From the sequence record MT446404.1: 51,754 bases of DNA; one strand, 5' to 3'. Both the position numbers and the translations under genes were made by a program. The notes under the pieces were generated by a model. That model saw nothing but the letters and a program-made list of their open reading frames with translations. It made no database searches and had not been told where the DNA came from. Within the stretch, counting starts at the first letter, position 1. Each line of letters opens with the position of its first letter. Of this stretch, positions 38,100 through 46,581 are shown piece after piece. Source of the DNA: Escherichia virus TH30.

Positions 38100-38563
38100 A
38101 GTTCTATCTCCGCGTTGCGCCTGTTAACCAGGCCTTTGCTAACAACCTTCTTGCCATTTACCGTAATTTTATTCCACATAGAGAACGCCTCACAACCTCC
38201 GCGAATATCACCACGATTCATACGCCTGATAGTTGTTGAGTTCCTCATCGCGTTAGTGCCGATATTATAGCTAAGAGAGTATAGTGCGGCTCTGGTGCTC
38301 ACTGGAACATCAACTTTTAGGGCTTTATCAACAGCTGCCCTGTGAATAGATAGGTGCTTAATCAGAAGTGAGTCGCACTCACTCTGAGTGTACACCTTGC
38401 CGAGAATAACGTCAGGTCCAGTAATCCCCTGGCATACTGTCCACACCCCCGCAACATCCTTGTATGGCCTGTACTCAACACCTTCATGCTCATTTAGGAA
38501 TGGAACAGCTAGCGCTACAGCTCCCGCCACAGCGCCACCAATAATCTTGTTCTTTATACTCAT
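38081..38563 (-). CDS. SAR endolysin (phage lysozyme fold with N-terminal signal-anchor-release helix, 160 aa)
   Basis: N-terminal Gly/Ala-rich weakly hydrophobic helix KIIGGAVAGAVALAVPF followed by EGVEYRPYKDVAGVWTVCQGITG catalytic-type region. Confidence 0.75.
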   Translation of the reverse strand: MSIKNKIIGGAVAGAVALAVPFLNEHEGVEYRPYKDVAGVWTVCQGITGPDVILGKVYTQSECDSLLIKHLSIHRAAVDKALKVDVPVSTRAALYSLSYNIGTNAMRNSTTIRRMNRGDIRGGCEAFSMWNKITVNGKKVVSKGLVNRRNAEIELCLREL

Positions 38564-38565
38564 TA

Positions 38566-38781
38566 TTATTTACTCCTGATCCTCATTGCTTCACGGAGAT
38601 CACCATCCTCAAGGGCTTTATGTAGTGCCCTGCTATCACGCCAGCGAAGCCATGCCCCGAAGATACCAAAGCACACAGCTATTACTAAGCCGATAATGCC
38701 GATTATTGTATTGTCAGATAAGCCGCCACCCATAGCTACTCCGCTACCGGATAAGGCGGCTGCGTCATAGAAATGTTTCAT
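38566..38781 (-). CDS. holin, probably pinholin class (71 aa)
   Basis: Two hydrophobic helices and charged C-terminus; directly upstream of SAR endolysin. Confidence 0.6.
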   Translation of the reverse strand: MKHFYDAAALSGSGVAMGGGLSDNTIIGIIGLVIAVCFGIFGAWLRWRDSRALHKALEDGDLREAMRIRSK

Positions 38782-38811
38782 GTTGCGGCCTCGTTAAGTT
38801 GATTTGTTTAA

Positions 38812-38820
38812 ATAATACCA
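38812..38820 (-). promoter_or_regulatory. extended -10 promoter TGGTATTAT upstream of holin
   Basis: Plus-strand ataatacca about 30 nt upstream of holin ATG. Confidence 0.45.
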
Positions 38821-38895
38821 GATATTACTCCTTGACATAAACGAAAAAAGGCGACCTTAAAGGCCACCTCTTTGTAACTTCATGTTTTTTATAAT

Positions 38896-39069
38896 TTAGT
38901 CTTCTATAATGAATTCCACCAAAGCACCATCAATCGGCGCAAAAATCCACGTCATATCGTCACCATAAATCTTGTAGTATCCGTCACCCTGATACTCACC
39001 GCTGTATGGACTGTTGACAGTGAAAGGAAGTGTCTTAGATGTATTCTTAATGCAAAACAATTTAACCAT
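38896..39069 (-). CDS. possible 57-aa protein (MVKLFCIKNTSKTLPF...)
   Basis: Below ORF-track cut-off; AGAGGA RBS 7 nt upstream. Confidence 0.35.
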   Translation of the reverse strand: MVKLFCIKNTSKTLPFTVNSPYSGEYQGDGYYKIYGDDMTWIFAPIDGALVEFIIED

Positions 39070-39123
39070 GATTAAATCCTCTGATAGTGAGATGTAAATA
39101 TAGCGCCAATCGGCGCCACATGT

Positions 39124-39140
39124 TAGGCAAAAAGTGCTAT
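39124..39140 (-). promoter_or_regulatory. variant conserved motif (ATAGCACTTTTTGCCTA)
   Basis: Immediately after HNH gene stop. Confidence 0.4.
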
Positions 39141-39141
39141 T

Positions 39142-39618
39142 TCAAGATCCGTGACTTCGATGGAATCCATGAATCTTTTCAGCATCCTTTCTTGCTATCA
39201 AAGCGTCATCGAACGAATCTCCATAATAAAGGATCTTTGTTTTTCCATTTATTTTTATCTGCGCTATCCATTTATTTTTCATATTGTTCCAAGCAACACC
39301 AACAGTTCCGCTCGTGTTTGTTGATGGCTTACGCTTGTTCCTGTTGTTGATTAACCTTGTAACCATTCTTAGGTTTTCAATTCTATCATCACCAGGAACG
39401 TGATTTATATGATCTATCTCCATACCATCTGGTATAGTGCCGTTGTGCATCTCCCATACGATTCTATGTCTTGGCGTAATTGTGTCATATCTACGGATAT
39501 ACCAATAACCCCTATGATGCCTACTCCCAGCTTCATCACCAGGCTTCAATCTTGTGCAGTGAGGGTCCTTCCAAAATACCCGTCCATCTTTATAGTATAA
39601 GAAATCATTCCAATTCAT
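39142..39618 (-). CDS. HNH homing endonuclease (158 aa)
   Basis: EIDHINHVPGDDRIENLRMVTR motif; paralogue of 16915..17397 and 40836..41321. Confidence 0.85.
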   Translation of the reverse strand: MNWNDFLYYKDGRVFWKDPHCTRLKPGDEAGSRHHRGYWYIRRYDTITPRHRIVWEMHNGTIPDGMEIDHINHVPGDDRIENLRMVTRLINNRNKRKPSTNTSGTVGVAWNNMKNKWIAQIKINGKTKILYYGDSFDDALIARKDAEKIHGFHRSHGS

Positions 39619-39672
39619 CTAATCATCCTCTCGTTTCTATAAAACAATAATAGCGCCATATAGGCGCTATGT

Positions 39673-39689
39673 TTTAACAAAAAGTGCTA
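39673..39689 (-). promoter_or_regulatory. conserved 17-bp motif (ATAGCACTTTTTGTTAA)
   Basis: One nt after TGA stop of 39690..40832; followed by hairpin. Confidence 0.5.
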
Positions 39690-40832
39690 TCAAATATCAC
39701 TCATCTCTGGACGGTAAACGAATCGACCAACCTCACCGAACTCTTTTGAGTACACGATTACAGCTGCTTGGCGATACGATCTCCAACCACCACGGGCCGC
39801 ATATGCGTCTTTTGCTCCTAGTTGGCCGTGAACCTCATCAATCCCCAAAGTTCCTTCCGTGATCGTCTGATGGTGCCAATGGCCACTATGCGTGTAAATA
39901 TATTTGCTCGTACCAAACTCTTCGCGGAAGTCAGTAGCCATTGCCGCCAGTCGAGTATCTGCTTTCTTCATGGTGTGACCATGAGTGTACCCCAGCAATG
40001 TCTTACCCCACTTGGTACGGTGAAGAATCATAGGAGACGTATCAACCGTTACGCGCACCTCATCTTCAAAGTATGCCGCCATTGCAGCGCGGAGCCAAAT
40101 CATACCCGCCTGATCATGATTCCCTTCAATGATCTGGATTTCGACCTCTTCGTGCTTATCCAGCATTAGCGCCACCGCGCGGCGTACGGAACGGATTGCA
40201 ACGTGAACTAGCTTGGCGTATCGACTATCCTGATCCAGTACGTGACCGCTTGCAGGCGTCACTGCGTCCAGGCCATCAGAGTGAAGGAAGTCACCGCCGA
40301 TTAGCAGAACTGCTTTCTTAGCCTTCGGTGATACGCCTACGGAATAATCAAAGAAGTTTTTCAGCACTTTCTCTGAGATGTCGGTGCTGTAGTTCTCACC
40401 GCATTCATGCTTGTGGGCCATCGCGCCAATATGAAGATCGAATACAGGATAGAGCGCCAGGAGATTTTCATCATAGCTAGGCTCGCCAAGGATAGGCTGA
40501 GCCGCCGCGCGCGGGAGTTCGTCACAGAATGCTTCAATTGCAGCATCCATCATGGCGGCTAACTTTTCCTTGTCCTGATCGGTCTTAATCCAGCGGATTT
40601 TCTCGTTGCCTTCCGCGTCAATCATAGTTGATGTGGCCTTAACCATGAAGCCGTCAGGCACATATTTAGCAACTGCTTTATTGCCATGCCCGTGACCTTT
40701 ACGAGCAAGGTTACTTGAGCGCTGCTCAACTGTACGAATGTTCATCCCGTATTCTTGGGCGATTTGACGAAGTGTTTTACCAGCTTCGCGCTCAGCAATG
40801 AATTGTTCGTCACTAATCTTCTGCATAGCCAT
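39690..40832 (-). CDS. HTH-domain plus calcineurin-like metallophosphoesterase (380 aa)
   Basis: N-terminal HTH-like LRQIAQEYGMNIRTVEQR; GDFLHSD and GNHD metal-binding motifs. Confidence 0.55.
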   Translation of the reverse strand: MAMQKISDEQFIAEREAGKTLRQIAQEYGMNIRTVEQRSSNLARKGHGHGNKAVAKYVPDGFMVKATSTMIDAEGNEKIRWIKTDQDKEKLAAMMDAAIEAFCDELPRAAAQPILGEPSYDENLLALYPVFDLHIGAMAHKHECGENYSTDISEKVLKNFFDYSVGVSPKAKKAVLLIGGDFLHSDGLDAVTPASGHVLDQDSRYAKLVHVAIRSVRRAVALMLDKHEEVEIQIIEGNHDQAGMIWLRAAMAAYFEDEVRVTVDTSPMILHRTKWGKTLLGYTHGHTMKKADTRLAAMATDFREEFGTSKYIYTHSGHWHHQTITEGTLGIDEVHGQLGAKDAYAARGGWRSYRQAAVIVYSKEFGEVGRFVYRPEMSDI

Positions 40833-40835
40833 TTT

Positions 40836-41321
40836 TTATTCTCCGTGATTCTTGTGAAATTTAAATTTTCTTTGAAATTGCATTCTACACAATTTCGCTT
40901 CTTCTATCGAGTTAAAGTAACCAAGATGCATTAACTTTCCGTCAACCTTTATCCTTGCGCAATACTTTGATAGCGGCTTGTGCCACGACACGCCCGTAAC
41001 TCCGGTTGAATTATCAATTCGTATCGACTGGTTTCTTCCGTTTTCCTTTCTTGTGACAAGCCTGAGGTTAGATATGCTGTTATTGCTCCTGTCATGGTCT
41101 ATATGGTCTATCTCCATTCCATTAGGAATTTCACCGTTATGTATATACCATACAACAATATGAACCCTATAGTTTTTCTTGTTAAACATCATTTGCCAGT
41201 ATCCAGTCACTTTACTGGCGCAACCGCACTTGCTTCCAACCTTTATCTTTTTACTCTTTGATTTCTTCCATACTAAATGAAGTTCATCATCATACTCTAC
41301 AAAATCAATAAGCTCATTCAC
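40836..41321 (-). CDS. HNH homing endonuclease (161 aa)
   Basis: EIDHIDHDRSNNSISNLRLVTRKEN motif. Confidence 0.85.
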   Translation of the reverse strand: MNELIDFVEYDDELHLVWKKSKSKKIKVGSKCGCASKVTGYWQMMFNKKNYRVHIVVWYIHNGEIPNGMEIDHIDHDRSNNSISNLRLVTRKENGRNQSIRIDNSTGVTGVSWHKPLSKYCARIKVDGKLMHLGYFNSIEEAKLCRMQFQRKFKFHKNHGE

Positions 41322-41402
41322 ATTAAAATCCTTATCGTGTTAGTAAGTAGATGATAATAAAACCAATTAGCGGCGGTAATAATACAGGAATTAAGCAGCG
41401 CA

Positions 41403-41654
41403 TCAAATCTTTTTCAACCATGTTGTTAAAGTATCTGGCTCAACCGCTTCACCTGCACTCTCTGATTCGCTGGGAACCATCATACCAGTTGAAGGGCTAA
41501 AATACATCAGGCGATAGCCGCCACCGCGCGAACATGGCACATCTTCGAAGTCAGAAGGCAACCAGTCAGCGAAAGGGATGATCGCGAACGTCTCATTGTT
41601 GTTGCTGCAAGTCGGATATTTGTCAGCGTCAAAATCAAGGCCTGGTAAGTTCAT
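41403..41654 (-). CDS. hypothetical acidic protein (83 aa)
   Basis: ORF. Confidence 0.35.
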   Translation of the reverse strand: MNLPGLDFDADKYPTCSNNNETFAIIPFADWLPSDFEDVPCSRGGGYRLMYFSPSTGMMVPSESESAGEAVEPDTLTTWLKKI

Positions 41655-41896
41655 TTATATCTTCTCGCTGCGTCTTTCGTTGCTTGAATGCAGGCTTTGT
41701 AGTCAATCTTCACCGGAGTTGCCGGAACTCTGATCAGCTTACGTGGCCTTTCGTGTATATACGTCATTTTCCCGTTAAAGATGACGCATATGTCTTTAAT
41801 ATCGAAGTACTTGGCTATAAGCGCAATGTCATCACTTATTCCTGCTTCCTTGCAGTGATTCCAAACAGCCTGACGGCCTACATCAACAGTTACCAT
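41651..41896 (-). CDS. hypothetical protein (about 82 aa from MVTVDVG)
   Basis: ORF trimmed to ATG with GGGGAG RBS. Confidence 0.3.
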   Translation of the reverse strand: MVTVDVGRQAVWNHCKEAGISDDIALIAKYFDIKDICVIFNGKMTYIHERPRKLIRVPATPVKIDYKACIQATKDAARRYK

Positions 41897-42116
41897 AAAT
41901 ATCAAAGCTCCCCGACATGGCCTGATAATCTGCGATAGGCAAATGACCATAAGCGCCCTTGAGATAAGTAACAGCAATAACCTCATCCAGTCCGCCATCC
42001 TTGCCAAGCGCCAGCGCTTCACTTGCGCAATCATTAGCCAGGCGAAGCAGGTGCGGCAGTAAAATATTTTTACGGTATGCTTGCTGGTTGTAAGTGCTAA
42101 AAGGTTGCTTCTTCAT
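41883..42116 (-). CDS. hypothetical protein (77 aa)
   Basis: ORF; leader shares GTATACTTCTTTCATACCAAC with the leader of 27271..27459. Confidence 0.35.
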   Translation of the reverse strand: MKKQPFSTYNQQAYRKNILLPHLLRLANDCASEALALGKDGGLDEVIAVTYLKGAYGHLPIADYQAMSGSFDIYGNC

Positions 42117-42173
42117 GGTGATTCCTCGTCTCGTTGGTATGAAAGAAGTATACCCGCTCGGCGGCGGGTATGT

Positions 42174-42190
42174 TTAGCAATTAGTGCTAT
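42174..42190 (-). promoter_or_regulatory. conserved 17-bp motif (ATAGCACTAATTGCTAA), upstream stop TAG embedded
   Basis: Followed by hairpin TACCCGC...GCGGGTA with TATACT. Confidence 0.55.
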
Positions 42191-42426
42191 TGTGCGAAAT
42201 CTTCAGGGCACTCGCGCTTATAGTCTTCCATATCTTTTCGTATTGCTTTAACCCATGTATTGATCGGCTGATCCTGCACCTCTTCGAATGACATATCCAG
42301 ATCTGAGAACGCCCAGGCATCACCCTTAAAACCAGCTTTCGTTAACACCTCACAAACGACAGCGCGAAATAAAAGATACTTACCTTTGTCGGTTAAATTG
42401 ATTTGTACACTGCTCATTTTAAACAC
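42187..42426 (-). CDS. hypothetical acidic protein (79 aa)
   Basis: ORF. Confidence 0.4.
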   Translation of the reverse strand: MFKMSSVQINLTDKGKYLLFRAVVCEVLTKAGFKGDAWAFSDLDMSFEEVQDQPINTWVKAIRKDMEDYKRECPEDFAQ

Positions 42427-43147
42427 TCCGTTTACGTGGTTTTTTACGGCTTACGCCAGGGCAAATATCAGCGACGCTAACGTATGTCGTTTTCTGCGTC
42501 TCGCCTTCTTCAAGTTTTCGCATGACAAAAATCACGCTACCTTTATTGTTGCCATCGACAGGCTTTCCGGTCAGTCCAGAGATGAAGGCCAACCGCCCCG
42601 TCCGGCAATATTCCTGGCTATCAATCTCTGTGATGTCAGCCTCAATCCAGATGATTTCAGCCGCGTTGCGCCGGGCCTCGGCAAACCATGCCGTAGAGTT
42701 ATCACCAGGAAGCAACATATCAATCTGATTGTTGTGCTCCATTTGCTCAATCGCTTTCTTCACGAAAGGATCTGGATGTGAGTACGGCGGATTCAGCCAG
42801 ATATGCTTATTGCTACCCCACCAAATTTTGAGACAGTTCACATGTTCGCTGTAGAACTTTTCGCAAACAGCATTGTTAGCGCTGGCGGCGGCGTCAATGT
42901 CATACTTCCCGTAACGCGACTCCATCCATGAGATCACTTCTCTGTCAGTGGCCCAAAGGTCACGCACAGCGTCAGGCGTCTTGCTTCCGGCGTATCGGTT
43001 TCCAGTTACCTGATAGAAGGTGTCCGGCTTAACCGCTTGATAGTGACCGTTACCAGGAACAAGCGCATTGGTAACAAAGTTTTCACGTTCGATCTGCTCA
43101 AAGCTAACGAATGCGTCATGAGTATCTTTGTCGTTTGAGTCGATCAT
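42419..43147 (-). CDS. dam: DNA N6-adenine methyltransferase (Dam-like, 242 aa)
   Basis: Catalytic NPPY motif (WLNPPYSHP). Confidence 0.75.
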   Translation of the reverse strand: MIDSNDKDTHDAFVSFEQIERENFVTNALVPGNGHYQAVKPDTFYQVTGNRYAGSKTPDAVRDLWATDREVISWMESRYGKYDIDAAASANNAVCEKFYSEHVNCLKIWWGSNKHIWLNPPYSHPDPFVKKAIEQMEHNNQIDMLLPGDNSTAWFAEARRNAAEIIWIEADITEIDSQEYCRTGRLAFISGLTGKPVDGNNKGSVIFVMRKLEEGETQKTTYVSVADICPGVSRKKPRKRSV

Positions 43148-43148
43148 C

Positions 43149-43421
43149 TCATTTAACCTCGGTAACTTTGCAGTTATTCACAGCGACGAACCCGCCGACG
43201 CTAACTTTAACCTGACTTTCAGTCACGTTATAAACTGCCTTGCCTAAGAAAGTTTGCAGTTCATAGTGATCGCCTTCACGCTCAATAACAACGCCCTTAT
43301 CTGAAACAATCTGCGACTTGGTTACTGTGAATGATTCCTTGCCGCAATCGTAAAACTTGGTATCTTCTGCACAACCTGCCATTGCCACAACTGCCAGTAG
43401 GGCGATGATTGACTTTTTCAT
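43149..43421 (-). CDS. lipoprotein (90 aa)
   Basis: Signal plus lipobox MKKSIIALLAVVAMAGC. Confidence 0.5.
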   Translation of the reverse strand: MKKSIIALLAVVAMAGCAEDTKFYDCGKESFTVTKSQIVSDKGVVIEREGDHYELQTFLGKAVYNVTESQVKVSVGGFVAVNNCKVTEVK

Positions 43422-43487
43422 TTTGATTTCCTTGGTTGGTTACTTCGTTTCGATGAGGTGATAATACACCACCTCACCGATTCGTCT

Positions 43488-43504
43488 TTAGCAATTCGTG
43501 CTAT
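43488..43504 (-). promoter_or_regulatory. conserved 17-bp motif; upstream stop is the TAA of the motif
   Basis: Followed by hairpin with TATTAT loop and CATCGAAACGAAG. Confidence 0.55.
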
Positions 43505-43916
43505 TCAGCATATCTGCAACGGCTTTCTTATATTCCTCCTGGCCGTATGCCACCGCCGCGAACCCGCCACGCTCTCGGACACGACGAAGGAACTCTTTCT
43601 GCTCCTTGCTGACTGGTGATGCCTTGCCTTTCCCGCTTTTATTGACTCGCTTCAATTCTATGGCCCCGAAAGGATATTTACCGAACGGACCGAGAAGGAA
43701 CACAAAGTCACTAACCCCCTTCAACAATCCGCTCTGAGCATCAACCAGCGCCGAATGCATAGTTTTCTTACCCTCATTAACTGTGTGCCAGAACAGGAGG
43801 TAAGAGTGATTTACATTAGTCCAGGTCACGCAATCGACCTGGTGCTTGTTCTCTGTCCATGTATCCGATTTGTCTGGAGTGTAATATTCCAGGTAGTCGC
43901 CTTTATCTGTAATCAT
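43488..43916 (-). CDS. VRR-NUC-like nuclease (142 aa)
   Basis: SDFVFLL...GAIELKRVNKSGK...SKEQKEFL pattern resembles PD-(D/E)xK VRR-NUC core. Confidence 0.45.
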   Translation of the reverse strand: MITDKGDYLEYYTPDKSDTWTENKHQVDCVTWTNVNHSYLLFWHTVNEGKKTMHSALVDAQSGLLKGVSDFVFLLGPFGKYPFGAIELKRVNKSGKGKASPVSKEQKEFLRRVRERGGFAAVAYGQEEYKKAVADMLNSTNC

Positions 43917-46015
43917 AAGTTACCGTCCAATCCGAAATCCTTACGTGAAATGATGTCCTCACCTTTTGCATTCTTGCGGTGAGTTACCCGCACCGGATGT
44001 GCTATGTGGTGAGCGTTGTTTAAAATCATTTTAGCACTTCTGTAAGCCGCCATTAACTTTGCGATCTTACTGTCATGCACATGAGGTAACACCCCTTTCT
44101 GTTTCCATATCGTGTGACATACCTGCGCCGTTGACTGCGGGAAGAACTTTTCATACGCGATGAAATTAACTCCAACTGAATCTGTCAGATCGTAACGATA
44201 AAGAATACCAGTCTGATTGCGTGTCAGCGTTACTTCAAAACTATTCACTGTGCACCAGTCGTTTTTGGTGTAAGCCTTACCAGTCAGGTTATCGTTGGGA
44301 TCTTTCAGACTCACATCACAGCAACGGCATATTCTCGCCACTACGTCATTTTTAGCGCCACATCCCTTAACAATCACCTCGCCAGTGCGTTCATCAACCT
44401 GGTCTTCACATATGCGAGACTTCCAAAAATACTCGCACCGATTTCCGTTTTCATCTCTGTGAATGCAGCGGCGAGCGTAAAAACTGTTCTCGGTTCCGCA
44501 CAGTTCACATTTTTTCGGTTCTTTCTTACCATCAAAGCGGCGCTGATACTGAGCCTCTTCAAGAATCGGATCAAAGTAAAGCTGACCAAGCTCATCCATA
44601 GTGCCAGCGAAATCCCACACCAGGTGATCTTCTTTCACCATTCCCATTGCTTTTTGCCACGGTTTGAGCAATCGCATACCTCGACCAAGCAACTGTATTA
44701 ACAGAGTAAGCGATCCTATCTTGCGCAGGATTACCGAGAAATCCCAGAACGGAACGTTAACGCCAGTGGTTAGCGCCACTACCTGGAATATGTATTTAAT
44801 CTCGCCACGGTTCGCTGCTTCCAGTATCGCTTGTCGCTTTTTGGTGTTTGTCTTCTCCGTGATTATCTCATAGGTAGCGTCAGGTGGCAGATAGCTCGCC
44901 GCCTCTTTGCAATGGCGCTGGCCTGAGCACGTAATCAGTACACCATTTCGCTTCTTCGCCTCTTCGACTACCATTCCCATTATTCGCTTGGTCATGCTGG
45001 CGTTATCATGGATTTTCTTCTCCATCGCCTTCATTTCTTTCTGACCGAAGTCTGCCGTGCCATCCTGGCTGGACGCCTTGAACTCATCAAGATCATATCC
45101 AGCGTCTCCGACACTTCCGAAGATGGTTGGAACAACGGAACCGAACTCAATCAGGTAGCTGGTGTCGATGTTAGTAACCTGCTCACGCCAGAATCCAGGT
45201 AGCTTAGGGTTATCGACAACGATCGGGGCCGTACCTCGGAACTCAGAACCAGTCATGCCGAAGATGCGTAATTCCTTCCCGTTCTTCTCTTTGCATCGGC
45301 GCATTAATTCAGTGATGATTATCGTGTACTGGCTTCGCTTGGTGCCAAGAACAGGCTCGCCAGTCTTCCTGCTTATCAGTAATTGCTTATCCATCACCTG
45401 GACACCAACCTCTACGCCGTCAAGGTATCCATTGACATAACCTTCGCTGTTTTTCGGGTAGTCAACGAATACACGCTCATCTTTTTCAGCGAGCATCATC
45501 TCAATCGTTTCTTCATTGTCGATGGCGGCGGCAAGGTCTTCCCAATCCACCTGGTGACATTCATCAATCCCCAGCACCATAGGTGTAAAATCACCAAGCG
45601 CCTTAAACAGACCGTTCGCAACCGAGCCTTCCGATCCAACAACGATAGGAAAGTAAGCTGATTTTGTGTTCAGGCCAGCACAGTAAACTGAGTTAGGAAC
45701 GCCGAAGTTTGAGATTTCTTCACTATCCTGAGCAACAATGTCTCCCTGGCGCGCCAGTATCATCATCGAAAGGCCCATCTCTTTTACGCGAGATGCGATC
45801 ATAGCAAAGCCGATTGTTTTACCTGCCGATACCGACGCCTTGACAATGAATGGATGTCTGTAGCGAGCAATGCGCTTGCCGATCTCATCATACATTACGC
45901 ATTGATATTCATAAGGAACCATGTCACCGAGCGTGAATTTATCCTGAATCTCTTTAATCTTCTGCGGGCCAAGTTCTTCTATCTGTTTTTTAATGGATTT
46001 AATGCGCATAGCCAT
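43913..46015 (-). CDS. SF2 ATP-dependent DNA helicase with C-terminal zinc-ribbon (700 aa)
   Basis: Walker A SAGKT, motif II DECH, C-terminal CxxC...CxxC clusters. Confidence 0.75.
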   Translation of the reverse strand: MAMRIKSIKKQIEELGPQKIKEIQDKFTLGDMVPYEYQCVMYDEIGKRIARYRHPFIVKASVSAGKTIGFAMIASRVKEMGLSMMILARQGDIVAQDSEEISNFGVPNSVYCAGLNTKSAYFPIVVGSEGSVANGLFKALGDFTPMVLGIDECHQVDWEDLAAAIDNEETIEMMLAEKDERVFVDYPKNSEGYVNGYLDGVEVGVQVMDKQLLISRKTGEPVLGTKRSQYTIIITELMRRCKEKNGKELRIFGMTGSEFRGTAPIVVDNPKLPGFWREQVTNIDTSYLIEFGSVVPTIFGSVGDAGYDLDEFKASSQDGTADFGQKEMKAMEKKIHDNASMTKRIMGMVVEEAKKRNGVLITCSGQRHCKEAASYLPPDATYEIITEKTNTKKRQAILEAANRGEIKYIFQVVALTTGVNVPFWDFSVILRKIGSLTLLIQLLGRGMRLLKPWQKAMGMVKEDHLVWDFAGTMDELGQLYFDPILEEAQYQRRFDGKKEPKKCELCGTENSFYARRCIHRDENGNRCEYFWKSRICEDQVDERTGEVIVKGCGAKNDVVARICRCCDVSLKDPNDNLTGKAYTKNDWCTVNSFEVTLTRNQTGILYRYDLTDSVGVNFIAYEKFFPQSTAQVCHTIWKQKGVLPHVHDSKIAKLMAAYRSAKMILNNAHHIAHPVRVTHRKNAKGEDIISRKDFGLDGNL

Positions 46016-46078
46016 AGTATTAAATGCCTTTCATGTTCGTTCGATTGACGTTATAATAACAACCATCGAAACCAATGT

Positions 46079-46095
46079 TTAACAAAAAGTGCTAT
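46079..46095 (-). promoter_or_regulatory. conserved 17-bp motif upstream of helicase gene, in divergent region
   Basis: About 65 nt upstream of helicase ATG at 46015. Confidence 0.5.
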
Positions 46096-46107
46096 TGAGG
46101 TGATAAA

Positions 46108-46581
46108 ATGAATGCAACTGATAAGCGTGCTCTTAACGGCAATAACGGAACTATCCGCACAGAAGATAAGAAGCAGCGTAAGCGACCGTCAGGTTACTAT
46201 GTTCTCAAGGATGAAGTAAAGGCCGGATTAAGAGCGCGACTTGATATTGTGTTTGAGTTCTACGGCAGCAAGGCGAATATGGCGAAGCAATTAAAGGTTA
46301 CTCGCCAGGCCGTTGAAGAATGGTTTAAACGTGGAATGATGTCGGCCCGTGGCGCTCAACTGGCGCACAACCGATACAAGCGAACTGGCGAAGGGTTCCG
46401 CGCTACATTCTGCCGACCGGATCTGCAATTCGACGGGAACGGAAAACCTCTGACTCTGAGGTGTAAAAAACGTCACATGCTTCGCGTCGTAACCGAGGCT
46501 GAACTAGCCACCAAGCCAGAATGCCGCTCATGGCGAAAAATCAAAGCAGCAAATGAAGCAGCACGAAAAGCTAAAGAATGA
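46108..46581 (+). CDS. basic HTH-domain DNA-binding protein (157 aa), candidate regulator
   Basis: HTH-like segment MAKQLKVTRQAVEEWFKRG. Confidence 0.5.
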   Translation: MNATDKRALNGNNGTIRTEDKKQRKRPSGYYVLKDEVKAGLRARLDIVFEFYGSKANMAKQLKVTRQAVEEWFKRGMMSARGAQLAHNRYKRTGEGFRATFCRPDLQFDGNGKPLTLRCKKRHMLRVVTEAELATKPECRSWRKIKAANEAARKAKE

